Below, in pieces: positions 1 to 14,896 of a stretch of DNA of 64,000 bases. The DNA is from Perna viridis (taxonomy: Eukaryota), in contig CM074517.1 of the NCBI GenBank assembly GCA_037379345.1, forward strand, positions 36,084,001-36,148,000, written 5' to 3'. The notes under the pieces were generated by a model that searched no databases, was not told the DNA's origin, and worked only from the letters and a program-made list of their open reading frames with translations. Position 1 is the first letter of the stretch. Each line of letters opens with the position of its first letter. A program made the position numbers and the translations under genes.

Positions 1-1292
1 AATACCTGTAATACATATGTCAAAAGTCGTGATGACAAATAAAACCAAGCTAAATCGTCACAGTATATGTTTCCTTACTTAGTCCTTTTGATTTGAATAA
101 AATATGTTGACAAATCGCTAAATCTATTATAATGTGGTTATTCAACTCATGTTTTTTTTTTCAATAAAATATAACAATATCCTGTGGGATTAGTGACTTG
201 AATTCAATACACACGAGCTGCTCTTGAGGATGTGTTTCTATGATTGAAAAACTTCATTACCTTATTTGCACTAAAATGACTTCGATCAGCTTTGTTTACT
301 ACATGGATCATTTCCTTTGGGGACTGCTTACTATCATATTTCTGGAAATGAAAAATGTTATTGTATTGTATTATAATGACCAAAAACATGAATTGAAATT
401 AGTGATAAACCCGGTAAGAATGTTCACAATATCTTTGGCACCGCTCATGACAAGGAATGATCAGGCGATTTTTTTCATAAATAGATGGGCTGAAACGTTA
501 TTGTCCACGTATAATTTCCTTTCATAGACCCCCTTTAGACCGGCCCAAAAACCCCAGACGGGATATACAGGCATGGACTGGTATATTTTATCGTTTTCAG
601 GGATACAGTTCTTTCAGTAACTTGATTCCAAATTGAATGTAAGTTTTGCGTAAAATCAAACTAAAATTAATTGCGTGGATGATGAATTGCCTTTATTGAA
701 AATTCATCGAACTTTCGATTGGTACGGCGATTGTTGTAGCGGAAGGCTCGATGACGCTTCATGCTATAATTACATGAAGATTTGGTAGAGTGTTAGAAAG
801 GATTTGTTGCTATAAAATGTCTTTATATTTCGAGTCAAACGCAAATTGTGTACAAGTATTTGAAGTTACATATTGAAGTTTCTTCGCTGTATTTTATTTT
901 AAAGAATTCCACCACAGACATCGATTTCTTGCACCACAACCTTTTATTAACTAACTAAACACTTTATGATTGATTTTCCAATAAGTTAATTTGAAGTTCA
1001 ATCAGTTGCTTCTTTTGTATTTCATTATTGGTGACAGATAACCTGTAAGGTGCAAATCACTATGGTAACGGCTGCAGAACAAATCGAACAGATCGTGGCA
1101 CTGAAAATTACATGATCTACAGAGACATGGATGAGATATCCATAAAACAGATTACAGGTGAAGACCACGCAGACAATGATATAACAAAGAAAAGAGGGAA
1201 CCACACCAACATTTTATAGTTCTTTGTTTTCGTTGTTGTTGTTTTGTTGTTTGTTTGTGTTTTTTTACAATTTACAGTTGCAGTGCTAGCAT

Positions 1293-1523
1293 TAGGCAGC
1301 AACCATTTGATTCTCTGGAGGGCTATAGATTTTTTTTTAGACAAACTTTTTTCCCTTGAGCAAAAATTTCCAAGGGCCAATCAAAAACAAATTTTTATTT
1401 CACCATCTATTGAAAATCTTTTTTGTCACCTCACCAGTGATTAGTCCAGTTGGTTTTTTTTCTACATTTTTCAGAAACAATTTTTTTCCCCAAAAAAATC
1501 CATACCCCCCACGCCCCCCCCCC
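1293..1523. mobile_element. MITE remnant (left terminus TAGGCAGCAACCATTTGATT..., right end decayed into a C-run)
   Basis: Terminal motif followed by T-rich tracts and a poly-C run, resembling short non-autonomous bivalve elements. Right inverted repeat not intact; boundaries approximate. Confidence 0.35.
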
Positions 1524-2924
1524 GTTTGACTGTAGCAATTGCATATACTAGTAGTCCAAACTTAGGTTACATTTGGGTTAAATGTAAAATAGTGCAGCAT
1601 ATGAAAAGGATGAGAGTTACTTGCGACTTTTTATTTCGTTAGCTAGAGATTAAACTACATCACAGGCAGACATATGTCTAAAATAAATATATCACGCAGG
1701 ACACGATAATAATATTACTAACACATTGAAGAGCGTATTTATTGGTATGTTTTTGAGAACTAGAAGTTGAGTGACAAGGCGAAGACGTGAGGTGGGCACA
1801 CACAAACATTCTATAAAGTTCTTTCATTTCGCTGTTTGTTGTTTGTCTGTTTGTTGGTAGTCAATATTGTAGAGAATTTATGCAGTCTACAATATTATTA
1901 GTCTATTGACATTATTCCCGTTTTGTGGTTATCTACATAATATTATTATGACTTTCTCTAGGTTTGACCTTACATGCAATGCTTAAATCGTGATATTTCA
2001 ACTTTCAATAGCCTATCTTATACCTCTTATCCTCAAGCTAAATGGGCACATTATGTGCACGTTTATTGTGCACTTTTTAATGATCACATATAATCCAGTT
2101 CAAGTGATAATTTAAGCTAACAATGACTTGAACATTACGATACCGAATCTGTTATGTCATTTATTCAATGAATTTGACAATGGCGACATTGCTTTGCAGG
2201 TCTGGTATTAAATAGTCCTGGATTTTTAACAACTCCGATTTATGTGCGATTTAAAACGGTGCAATAGTAAATATCAAACTTCAAAGTTTCCGCTTTCAAG
2301 TAGTAAATGGAGTAATTGAGACTTCATTGAAGACAACCTCTGACACAGATAAAACAGAAATACATTTGCTCAGGAGGACGAACCGTCTATAAAGGTGTTG
2401 ATAAAAAAAAAGGAATAAAATGCTTAAATGACATTTACTTAATTATATGCATTATCTGTTCTTTCATCCCAGGATAATATCTTTTTGTGCAAAATGTTGT
2501 TCAACCACTTGACTATAGTTATATAACTTTAGGCATTTAACAACGTCGGTCGGTCGGTCGTTTAAATGTGAAATATTAAATGTTTAAGAGAGACGAACGA
2601 CAAAGAGCAATAATAACAATTTTTTAGTTTCCGTTTATCACTAATTTACTATTTAACTTTTGTTGTTGCGGAAATGCAATTGCATTTATGATTATTCTTA
2701 AACATGTAATGTTTTATGGTTTTATTGCTTTAGAATTATAAGCAAACTTCAAGTGCGAAAATGACAAAAGCTCTCAATTTGATTGAAATACGCGATCTGA
2801 CATGTTCCAAGTCGGAGAGAAGCGTCATCAATTTTTTATCGTTGAGTTTTACAGGTTCGCATTAGATATGGTTATACGTATTAAAATGCCGAAGCCAAAC
2901 GGTACACGCATTACGCATATTTAT

Positions 2925-3125
2925 ATTATACCATGACGATATATATGATGATGCCTCTATTACCGCGACGATACGATTGCTTACTTTGCGATACATTTGT
3001 TACCATGATGATACCTCTGTTACCATGATGATTACTTTTTACTCTGCTTTAATCGTACATCTGTTACCATGACGATACATTTGTTACAATGACGATACAC
3101 TTATTACCTTGGTGATACCCTTGTC
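2925..3125. repeat. Degenerate ~20-bp minisatellite (TTACCATGACGATACATTTG-like units)
   Basis: Repeated TTACCATGA(C/T)GATAC cores at about 20-bp spacing. Confidence 0.75.
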
Positions 3126-6100
3126 ACCTTTGCGTTGCCTGTTTCTAAGTATTTGTTTTTCTAGATATGTATTTTATTAAGACCAGGGACTTTTAAGCGA
3201 GCAAAGCATTGCATACACTAGCATTAAATGAAATACAAACTGAAAACCATCCTTCTGATTATCAAATATCTAACTTTTATCAATTTATACAATGTAGTTT
3301 TCCGTTGACCATAAAGCAAACTAGATACTGCTTCGTGAAAAACTCATAGAAAAAAAATTATTAACCTAATTGCTAATTAATCAACACATTGCTTGAAATT
3401 AAAAAGTATATTATAAAGATAGTGTTTTACCAGTTTATATATTCAACCCGTAGACTAGACTGATTCTTTTCAGTCATAAAATTCAATTTATTCTGCATCA
3501 GTGAAGATTGTGTAGAAATTTTGCCTACCGAAGCGTTTTCATCAACGACACGTAAGCTTTTTAAAAGTAAATGAAACAATGTTACATAATCTTGGTATTT
3601 CCATCAACTTTGAAAAGAAAGTCATGAGAAAGTTCCATTAAAACATTTATTAGGAACTCGAAATGCAGCTGGCGAGGCATGTATCTTAACATACAATGTC
3701 AAAAGTGCATTCTGAATAATACACGAACAGTTGCACGCATAAGTAAGGACAGAAGTAAATGATTTCAAATGGTCAAACGATTATCAGTGAAAGTTAATTT
3801 ATTAATCCTATAGTTTCCATTTAGTTTTCATTTTATAGAATGCTGTAATCTGTTAATTGGGTGACATTGGTATAATATTTTAACGATCCTAGGAAGTCAA
3901 TGTAAAAATTATACTAAACTCAAGGTTGTGATCAACAAGTTCTAATGAATGTGTTTCAACGACTTTTTGTTCACTGCTTCGGACCCTTCTTACTATGACT
4001 AGTAAAAAGGCGAATCAACACGTTTACATTAAAATTTACAAATACGTGTCGTTACACAAGACTCGTATACATGAATTTTCTGCAAACTTGAATGAATTAA
4101 GTATAATGGGTGGTATCTATGCAGTAGAAGGAACGCCTTAGTACACTACCCGTAACGATAAATAATGGACAATAATATGAGTCATTTTTGGTCGAGTTTG
4201 TGTTATCAGTTATATTGCATACATCATAAAAACGTATGACCCTATGTCAAAACATACCGCACTGATATTATACAAATTTAAAACGTAAACCTGAAATCAA
4301 AATAACATTCTGAGTAAACAGCATGTTTGCATTACCTTATATGGGCATGAAAGCGTAGCTAAATGTTATGACTATAATTTGTCCAATTTAAGTGAAATTT
4401 TGCATGACGAGCATAACAGGTTATATGATCTGTATCTCACTTAATGTTATTGAAATGAGCTAAAATTAAATTTACTTATTTCAACGAGTACTAACTCATA
4501 GTTAAAAAAGCAATTGTTGAATTAGTCTAATAATTTCACAGAGAAATAACGATTGGAAATCTTTCAAATTAATCAGCTGTTTCTGAAGTAGGAATTATGC
4601 ACCTATTATTTTCCGGCATGCAATGCCAAGCTATAGTCGAGTGTATTGACGAAAAGAGTTGAAACAGCAACTTATATTAACAGGCTCAAAGAACAAAATA
4701 CCCCAGCTCAATCAGTGCAATACTGTAACCCGCTACCTCTAAGGTCAATTTAATATTAATCCACCAATCGTGATGGACAACAGATGTTAAGTGATGACAT
4801 GAACGCATTTGGAACTATTGTCTTGGCAAGCTAACAAAAAACCCTTTAAATATATCTTATAGGCTTATAAAAAGACGTTGTATGAGACCTTTCTTTTTCA
4901 TATAATCAATGACTTAAATTCAAATGAGTCAACCAGAATTGCATAAAGTATGATTTAAAAATCAAAGACCAACAGTGTGTGTGCATTGTGCATTAATGAT
5001 TCACCTTTATAAACCTGAGTCAGGAACTGTACTATGGTTACAGCATGTGATTCATCACAAAATCCATCTTATATTATACAACGGAAATTCCAATTGTAGG
5101 TCTTAATTATACAGCTGCATGGCATGTGCCATGTTCCTTGTCTCTCTGTTCCAGAAGATTCAGCAATCGGATTATTGGGTCTAAAAGTCCCCTAAAATAC
5201 AATAGTCACTGCAATAATGATGGAACTTATTGATTCCAGCTATTTGCTGGCTGTGATATGTAAATCTCAAGGGCTTTCTTTTACATACCAAAAGGATGGT
5301 AAAAATGTCTCGTCTTGGTTGAATATCAAAAAAAATATTTCAATAGTGATGGGAATGAAATGGTGGGTTGTATCGGTATTGAAACTTTCAACTCTGTCAT
5401 ACACATCAACTTCCTGCTCGTTTGACATCTTTGTTCGAATCTTTATTTATTATCACGAACTAAAGATTACTCTTAACAAGAACTTGGTCAATTTTGCCAA
5501 TAATGACATTATGTGGTCCAGAAATAAATATTTGCTAACAAATATGCACTTAAATGCATTCGGGAGTACCTATTTATTTGTGTTAATATGTTAAGTTATG
5601 TAATACCATATAATAAAGACATTTATGGTCATTATAGTTGGTTGAGTTGAAATATGATACTGCTATTGGTAAGTGTTCATAAATATATGTAGGTGGAATA
5701 AAAGGAATGGTTCGAAGATAAATTACAGAATTCACAGAGTACTTTAAACATATTTGCCGAAGGTCGCACACAGAGGGAATTAACATAGCGTTATGATCGT
5801 GCACTTCGATGCATGTGTTCTATTTGGGAAACGAACTTATTTTCCCACAATAGCACCATGAAGTGGCAGCACCCCTCAAATTATCAAAAGACTGCATCAT
5901 TTAGTACTAGAGGGAGTCAATATTATCATCTATTCTCTCATTTTATGATTTGAAAGCAACGAGAGGGACTACTTTGTTCATGTGCTTTTATATATCGGAT
6001 ACAAATTGCGTGTATTTCAATTTACTAGTATTGAATTTGTCAACCATTTTAGTGTGGGTGTCATATATCTAAATTATGTATGTTAGAACCAATCAATTTG

Positions 6101-7223
6101 CTTAGTCAGCGTATTTTGTTGTTATTTAAGATTACGTGTTCCACGCTGACAGGTGCACAAAGCTATATTTGTTTCATTGATATTTTATTAAACTATTATA
6201 ATCTATAATGTTATAACGAAGACAGCCTTAAAGATTATCTTCAAATGAAATGCATGACAAGCTGAACTTGCTTTAGATATTTTAAAAGAGGTAGCCTACA
6301 TTTTATCGATCTTTGGGTCGCTTATGATATTGATCAGGGAACCAGATTAAAGAACTTGCAATGAAAATTTATAGATATCAGGTCATGTTAATGTATACAA
6401 CCAATATAGTCCTGTAACGAGCCTCTGTTGCTGAATCGGAAACGTTGGGTAATGTTCAATCTAACCGATCATTTCATATAAACGTCCCGTTCTCATACAA
6501 GCAAGAAATATACACAGAACACACTTGTATAATATTTAAGAGGTACATTTTTATACCGTATGAAGCTAGAACTATGACGCTATGGCGGAAAACACGGCAC
6601 AGATCTGCAGCATAACGTGGAGTAGTAATATATAATTATGCAAATCATATGCGAATAAAAAGTACTGAAATTACGAGTGCAAGACGTCGCTAACAATGTT
6701 AGCGACTTAAAAAGGACAAGTCTATAGACCAAGTCGTCTTTCTAATTCCGATCTTGATATATATTCATATAAATTACCATCTGTTAAAATATTTTTAAAT
6801 TCTGTCCATTAAATAGTATTTTGCAATTTACACTACGTGTAATATTTATTTTAGATTTGTATGCTTTACCTTAAGGTGTTACAACTACAAACCATTATCA
6901 TTCTGAAGAATTATTTGTTGTTCTATACAATGGTTCTTTTGTACCATATGTCCTTGGTAAATTATATCTAATGTTTATAGTGTAACTTAGTCCTCTTCAT
7001 GCCTGAGATGAGGCCATTCCTATAGATTTTCGATGCGTTTTATCTTATTTTTGCTGTCCTTGTTCACATGCTCTTACTTTCTATTTCGTTCCTTTTTTTT
7101 TGTTTTCCTTCTATGAGGATTTCGTTTGCATATGGTATGTGCTCTTTATTTTCTCTTGCGCGGTGTAGTTCATCGAAATGTCATCATAGTTCGTTCTTGA
7201 TACATATGTGTGATCCTATGTCC

Positions 7224-7380
7224 TAGGAACGGACCCAGACACTCTGAAAAGGAGGGGTGCCAGAAGGGGTTCCTCAGAAAAAGAGGGTGTTGGGAATTAT
7301 TTGCCATTTCTTTTCATCAATTTTACACATGAAAATGGTAAATTTTCCAATAAAAGGGGATGCCTTTAGATCGGCCACTG
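7224..7380. mobile_element. Short MITE of the CAG(G/T)GGCGGATC family with 5-bp TSD (TGTCC)
   Basis: Degenerate inverted termini TAGGAACGGACCCAG / TAGATCGGCCACTG, flanked by TGTCC at 7219-7223 and 7381-7385. Confidence 0.6.
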
Positions 7381-10300
7381 TGTCCTATATATTTACACCA
7401 TCTGCGTTTGATGTGTTTGGGTAGGCTTTTGGCAAAAATATTGTTTACATGCATCTGAAGCTGCACTATCAAGTAGAACTCTTAAAAGCATACTTATTCT
7501 GATTTAATTTTTAGATGATTTTCACTTGTTCCTCAGTGTTACAAACTTCATTTCTGAGTGTCTAGCTGGTTTTTCAAAAAGATTATATTGTGGCTAACCT
7601 TGTTTCTTATATTGTCCTTTTATGAGAAGTTCTTGTCATATTTTGACCGTGCTAATACTTTTGATTAGACATTTTGTAAAAAAAAACAAAAACAGAAAAA
7701 AACACTGATGTGAAGCCAAATAGTGGTGATAATCTTCAAAGAAGTATAGCCAATGTCAATGACATTATAATCACAAAATTTGCATTGTCTCTTTACGGCA
7801 TGTTATTTGACACATTGCCTTATGTGGATTAGCTTAAAAATTGTTTATTATTAATTGACCCTAGGAAAAATGTTTTTTGGAGTTAAAAAATAACATTTAT
7901 TACGCAATAAAAAACGTAAACATCTGATTAAATTCCGCAATGGTAATCTAACAATTATATTAGCTATAGATTATTACAAATTAATGGAGCTTTGGACTCG
8001 GATCACAATCTAGACAAAATGACAGACAGGCTTATCCTTTTCATCGGTATTGATAAGGTGAAGTTTTCTTTAAATAGTGAATGTCTGGGATCGAATTCAC
8101 TATAATAACATAAGTATAATTTACAATGGGTGTTTAAACAACGGCGAAAGCAAGACTAGACAAAACTTCGTGCAGGTAAGTATATTGAAGTGTTTATAAT
8201 GCACTTAAAATAGACGATACCCTCATACGAGTACTGTTTACAATCAATGCCCTCGAGAGATTTTACAGCTATTAGCATTGTATGCTCGCTCTATGTATTG
8301 ATCAAGAACCTCCAGACAATGACGTTGTCGATTATAACTTCCCACCTCGTTTCTTCCTTGGCGATTCATAGGGACTTTCAGCCATTTTGCTACACAAATC
8401 TACTATATGTAACCTTAATTCCCGGGTACATAAATTTCGATGAGCTCTTTACTCATATAGATGAGAACACAATTTAATAGTCAGAAGGATTTACTTTGGC
8501 AACCTTAACAATATCTGGAAAAAGATACTTGTATGTGATCACGTTTCCTTGTCTGTAGTAAACTTTCCTAGTTTATCTCAAATTTGGATAATCTTGACTT
8601 TCCTCTCACTAGGGATTTCTTTGTTGCATATATGAATTTGCGTCATGTGAATGTGAAGTCCCACTACTCCCAGAAAAATCATATGATTAATATGTCCCTT
8701 AAGCCCGCCAAAATATAGAAAAAAAATAGCTTGTCAATAACTGGTTTCATATCATAGAGTTATTCTTATAATGGTGTGTCTAAAAAAGCAAAAAGATAAC
8801 TCGTCTTCTTTACCGACAAATCTTGCCAATACTCATGTGTGCTTTTTAAACGTTTTAAACCTCTTTTTTCAAAAACTCATCTGTTTAAAATCTCAAGTTC
8901 ATTAGTTATTTTAAAAAATCAGATATCGACGAATTTTTACTACTACGCTCTCATAACAGATGTTTGTTCTATGTATTTAAAGTACTATAAACAGATTACA
9001 AAGATAGTAGTACTTTAACAGGGAACATTATACAACAAGTTCTCAAAGATCAGATGCCAATTTACAAAAATACAATCTGTTGACCGACCTTTAAAACGTA
9101 TTTGCTCATTAAGACTATGTGTCATCGAATGACATAATCATTTGGCGCATGTTTGCATGTTTTGAAACCTTATTCTACGTTTGTAACGTCTTTTAACGAC
9201 TTTGTACCGAAACCATTGTATTTTTGTTGATCGTCCATACACTAAGATATCGTATCCATGGATTTCGTATGGCTAATTAGTCTTTTAGTGGGTAATGCGA
9301 TTTACCATTTTGGGAGCGTTCCAAAACATCACCTTATTAGTCAGTATTAGAAAACCAAGTATAAAATTGTATGCATTTGTTGGAATGAAGGAAACCGTTT
9401 GCTAACTTAAATATAGTGTCGGACGTAACATATAGTCCCACTGTCACTATGATATTGGTATTACTTTAATAATTGACATTTTTTAATTGAAATTTTCTTT
9501 CTTAGTATGATGTTTATGTTATTTTCATGTGTAGTAAAGAATTATGGTACCGGGTATGGTATTATATTAAATTGTTTGTTAAAAATCCCTTTGTAGCCAA
9601 TTGGGAAATATCAAATGCCAGTATCAGTTCTTGTGTGTATAACTCATTTCGTTTAAATCATGAAAATCAACTCGAATACATTTTTGCTACCATGTATGTT
9701 TGTACATACACATACAAGTTGTTTGGGATATAATTATGATGAAAATTTCGTGTAATAAGTTATATCACGCAGATACCCTGATCTGAGCATGGTAAATAAA
9801 AAGCTCTTTCGAGGTTTAGCAAGAATTTAACTCAATATTTTAATTGAATAAATCACGAATGATTGTAGTTACCATAAGAGGTCTATAATTAATACGTTAA
9901 CCTAAGTTTACAATGCCAAGACTGATAGATGTTTTTAGCACTTTTATCTTCCACCTTTTTTTACTGCACTATCAATGTGTCCTTTTTTGCATTATATTTC
10001 CTTGGCACAAATACAGTCTGGGCTTTAAGATAATACTATTACTAACCAGACAATTACATTATTGATCTGCCATATATTCTGTTCTGATGAAACAAACATT
10101 CTTAGGATACTGATACAATTTTCATGTGTTTCGGTTTAGAGACAGACGAAGTTCTAATACTATTTCGATTGATGTGATTCGTTATTATGTTCGTCTGAAA
10201 AGGTGTGATTTAACTGTTTCTAAAAGTCTTAAGGAATAAAGATAAAATGCGAAAAATGTCCGTTTTGTATTGTCAATCCTTTTGAAAGTTTGTTTGTTTG

Positions 10301-10899
10301 TTTGTGATGTGGATGTGCCCTGCAATTTAGAACGTTTTTAAACCACATACATTGGTACATAAAAATTATGGTAGGTTTAAAAAATTAGTCATGTAATGTC
10401 CTCAATGGTACAATAGTCTTTTATGCAACTTTAGTAGTTTCTTCATCTCTTCATCTTAATGAAGGTGAATATATAAAATGAAGATCGTTTTCATTTGTAT
10501 TTACATGTTAATTCCATTCCATCAATAGACAAAGACAATAGCATTGTTCAAATGATTGCAGTCATGGGAAATCTTTGAAATAACATTTTGACATTTAAGA
10601 CCGTGTGTATTATATAACATATTACATCGCATCACTGCTTGAAAGAAAATACTTTTGATGTCGTTTTAATAATGCTTTTGATAACTGGAGCCTAACGCTA
10701 CTGTCAGAAGGGATGAAAGACTTCCATTTCTGTGGAGTCTACTTAAATCGTTAAGGTCTGTAGGTTTCCGTGCGATATATATATTTTTTTCAGGATCGAA
10801 TGCGTACCTTTTTCAGAAGATGGGTTCCGTTTAATGAACTTTCATTTTACACGAATGGATATTATGTAACAATGTCGATTGATGCATTTTAAAAGTTCT

Positions 10900-11790
10900 C
10901 TCTCCGTCAAGAAAGCATGACCGCCGTTACTAAAAATAGAACATAGATATCGGACAGTAGTTTTTTTTTTTTTGCATATATCTCCAAAACCGTTTTGCCA
11001 AATTCTGACATTTTTAAAAGTGTTCACCGTGATGAAATTTATTTGTGGTGAAATTTTCGTTTTAATCTGATAAGCCATGTTGGAGTTATTACACTTTTTT
11101 TTATGTTATTTTGTTATTTTTAATGTTATTTCTTTCAAAAGTCTTCGCCTCTGACACTGCCAGAAGAATTGGAACCAAATTTGGTATGAATGCTCCTAGG
11201 GTATTTTTCATAGAACTGATGTAGGGAATTTTGATCCGAGGAAAAACATGACTGCTGTTTCTAAAAATAGAACAAAGCGGTCAGTCAAAAGTTTTTTTTC
11301 CCATATATCTCCAAAACCGTTGTTTAGCCATTTTTTTCAAATTGCTGAAATGATACATATTATAAGGCCTACAAAAGTCATCACGGTATCAAAGTTGTCA
11401 GACGACTCCATGTGAGAGTTATTGTCCTTGAAAGGTGAAAAATGACAGTTTATCTTGAAAACTATGATAGATAGAATAAAACTTTCGGTTGCTGAAATGA
11501 TCCTAATGATAAGGCCTACAAAAGTTTGTGGGAATCAAAGTATTCAGACGACTCCTTGTTAGAGTTATTGCCCTTGAAAGGCAAAAAATTATGTTTTTAG
11601 CAGTTTTCAGCCAATATTTTGAAAACTATAATAGACAGAATAAAACTTTCAATTGATGAATGATCCTTATGATAAGTCCTACCAAAGTCTTCTTGAGTCA
11701 AAATTGTTGGACAACTCTTGTGAGAGTTATTGCCCTTGAAAGGCAAAAATTTAACCAGCTGAGCAATCCAGGTTCCTTGGAGCCTCTTAT
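10900..11790 (+). mobile_element. 5'-truncated Helentron-associated non-autonomous element (HINE/DINE-1-like), same family as 21338-23680
   Basis: Shares internal units with 21338-23680 (ACTAAAAATAGAACA, CATATATCTCCAAAACCGTT, GAGTTATTGCCCTTGAAAG repeats) and the same 3' end (CCAGCTGAGC sub-TIR followed by the AGGTTCCTTGGAGCCT hairpin). Confidence 0.75.
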
Positions 11791-14733
11791 TCTCTATACG
11801 AAGTATATTGTATTTGCTGTTATATAAAAATCAATACACTAGGGTGCTGCGCTTTGTATTAAAAGAAAATATAAACCCTGTGTGTTTTGTTTTGTTTATA
11901 TGTTTTTTTTTTTTTTGTTTTGCATTTTTTGAAAATTTTATACTCATATGACATTAATTAGCCGTTATTAAGACGTTATGTTTTGCCAACCGACCATACG
12001 ACAGCCTTTTAACTACTGCCAGTTGGCATTCCAGTACTCATTTAACCACTGTCAGTCGGTCTTTTAGTATTCGTTTAAACAATATGTTAGCAGGCCAACA
12101 CCATTATAATGACGATAACTACAGCCAGTTGGTAATATGATAACCAGTTATAAACTTCCAGTGTTAAAACTAGCAGTATCCCATTTTTTACAGCACCAAA
12201 CTGCCAGTTTCTCTCCGAAGTGAAAATGGTGTTTCATTTCTTGGCATTAAATGTAATATATCTATGCAGTAATATTATAATTAGTGTTCGTACCATTCTC
12301 TGGGGTCTGAGGTAATGGGAACATTGCATGTTAGTACCAGCCTTTCCTCGTCGTATTGAATGTTGTATTTGGTATATTTATATAGTGTATAAACAATTTG
12401 GTTGTTAACACCGTTATATGATATATATAACTGTAGTGTATTTCATCTTGAACTGAAGTTATATACCAAGGAAACCCATTTATAAAGCAGTGCACATAAA
12501 CTGCAGTTCTTTATACAAAAAGCTGATGAAAAATAAATATTACTGATATCCTTAATATCTATTTTTATTTTTATCTTCCCTTTTACAGAATATTTATTTT
12601 ATATCATTTTATATTATCTATAGTTTATAATCCGAATAAACCCAATAAAAATGTTGCACTAAACATATTCCCATGATATGGAAATTTGACGATAAAAGCT
12701 AAAGCAGAAAGAAAATGTTCCGATATGGAATTTCATGAGCATAATCGTAGATCTTAATACCAAGTAGAAGAACAATTCGTACTGCATAAAGCAATTTACA
12801 TGAATTCATAACTTGATCCATATAGCTTAACTTCGGAAGCGTTAAATGGCAATGAAAATTTGTTGCTTTTAGGTAATATCCTCAATACGAAACTTCATAT
12901 GCATTATTGTAAAAGATTGAAAATAAAATTGTCATTTCCTCTTCATATTAGAATTGATGTCCGTCATACTTCCTGAAGAATTACGTGTGAACTGCTTTGT
13001 TAAGATGTAATAGATTGCTGTCTTTTTTGTACCCCAAGTACGTTAATGAAAGTAAATGCCTTTAACAACATTTGTCTAGTATAGTTTTTGTTCAATATAG
13101 AAAAAAATGTATTTCACCTTAGATACTAATATTAATAATAAAAGTAATAGAGAAGAGGAAACCATTTATTTTTCAGGCAGTTAACATCACACCATTATCA
13201 AATTCAGCATCTTTAGACAAATAGATCTTTATACCTTATAGCAAGTAATCATTTATTGACTGCAATCAATCACTGTTCATGTTAGTCTTATGTAATTTGT
13301 ATTTGGAATTTACCGGAAATTGATGACCTTATGATGATGACGTACAAATAACATGTTATTGAGCGGCGTAATGATCTATAATGATGTCTGCAAAGACGGT
13401 GGTAATCGATATAGTCCTATGTTTATTTTATCTGAAACTCTCTTAAGAAAATTCTTAGGAACTTCTGTATCATTTTATGATCTGTTTGGATGAATTGATT
13501 GCAACAAGCATGCAGCGTTCATTGAACGAATAGGGGCACATTATCAAGACGGTCTGGAACTCGAAGTTCATGAATCTTAAGTTCGGATAGAAACAAATCT
13601 AAAATAAATGGCTCATTTATCAACAGGATAACATACACATTCCGTGCAGTCTATTATTCTAACTCATTATACATCAGTAACTTAAGTTAGTTATCGTTAA
13701 TAAGCTAGGGACGATGGTGCCTTTTTATTATAATAAAGAAACACAATGTAGTCCGTTGTAATAATGCTTATTTGGGGTAAGATGCTGTCAAAACATTGTC
13801 TGGGTCAAGGTATTTTTGTAAAAGGCATGATAGTTGATTCAAAACTGCTTACGTTGGCAGTTAAATATAATTATTTTGTTTTCTTAAACACTTTTGTTTT
13901 ACTTCGACTTCACATTTATACATAGGTCTAGTTTTAAAAAAGAAGGTTTTTTTTTATATCCTCTTTTGAATTTTTTAATGCAATATATAATTTACCAAAC
14001 GTTTTTAAAAGTGCACGTGAAATGCTTAATTGTTCCAAATATATCATCAGGAATTTTTTGTTGGAATACTGTCAAAAAGTTCCTTTTTATTGTATCATGT
14101 AATCCTGAATACGAAAAAAATGGCGCTGAAATGGGAAGTTGTATATAAGACGGTTATGAATTTCAATGTTCCGACGTTTTCAGTAGTCTGATATGGTATT
14201 TTCTTCATCATTGGAGCAACAATGTAAATTATATTGAAATATATAAGTAGTCGAATATGCAGTTAGGTACATTATTCATCTTTTAGAATTATCCCGTTGG
14301 TTTAATATATAATATACATGGTATAATTGACAACAATGTCTTTAATCTTTTGGCTTCTTGTATTTCAGATATAAACTTCAACTTCGCCTCTTAAATAGAC
14401 ATATTTGGTCTTTTGTTACAGTAAAGCTAGTTAAGATTGGTAGTTATTAAGCCTTGAAGAATTTAAGCTCGCTTAAGGTTACTAAACCAATGACATGTCG
14501 TTATGGACAGCATTCTGTGTCTTAATATAGAACAGCTGCCAATTCAATCAATATAGTCTGGAATGCATCCCACAAGATGATGCTATCTACTATTTTATTT
14601 ATACATCTATCTTTTTATTGACAATTCTGTCTAGTTTTGTTAAATTGATTACGTGTTGTTATGTAGAACGTCATGTTTCTATGTATTCCGCAGACATTGA
14701 CAATTTCTTTGTCATCATCAAACCAGTCGTTAT

Positions 14734-14896
14734 GTTGCCGATGTTGATGCTATACTTGACTTCGAGGTTTATCGTTGCTGATGTTGATGCTATACTTGAC
14801 TTCGAGGTTTATCGTTGCTGATGTTGATGCTATACTTGACTTCGAGGTTTATCGTTGCTGATGTTGATGCTATACTTGACTTCGAGGTTTATCGTT
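14734..14896. repeat. 40-bp tandem repeat, ~4 essentially perfect copies
   Basis: Unit ATGTTGATGCTATACTTGACTTCGAGGTTTATCGTTGCTG starts at 14741, 14781, 14821 and 14861. Confidence 0.95.

Noticed and set aside
1049-1219. About 57 open codons on + (GANHYGNGCRTNRTD...) that could be a terminal exon
   Set aside because: Weak acceptor, no recognisable homology, no partner exons in the window.
14734-14896. CRISPR-like regular repeats (also 38345-38943)
   Set aside because: Contiguous tandem units without unique spacers, eukaryotic context, no cas genes.
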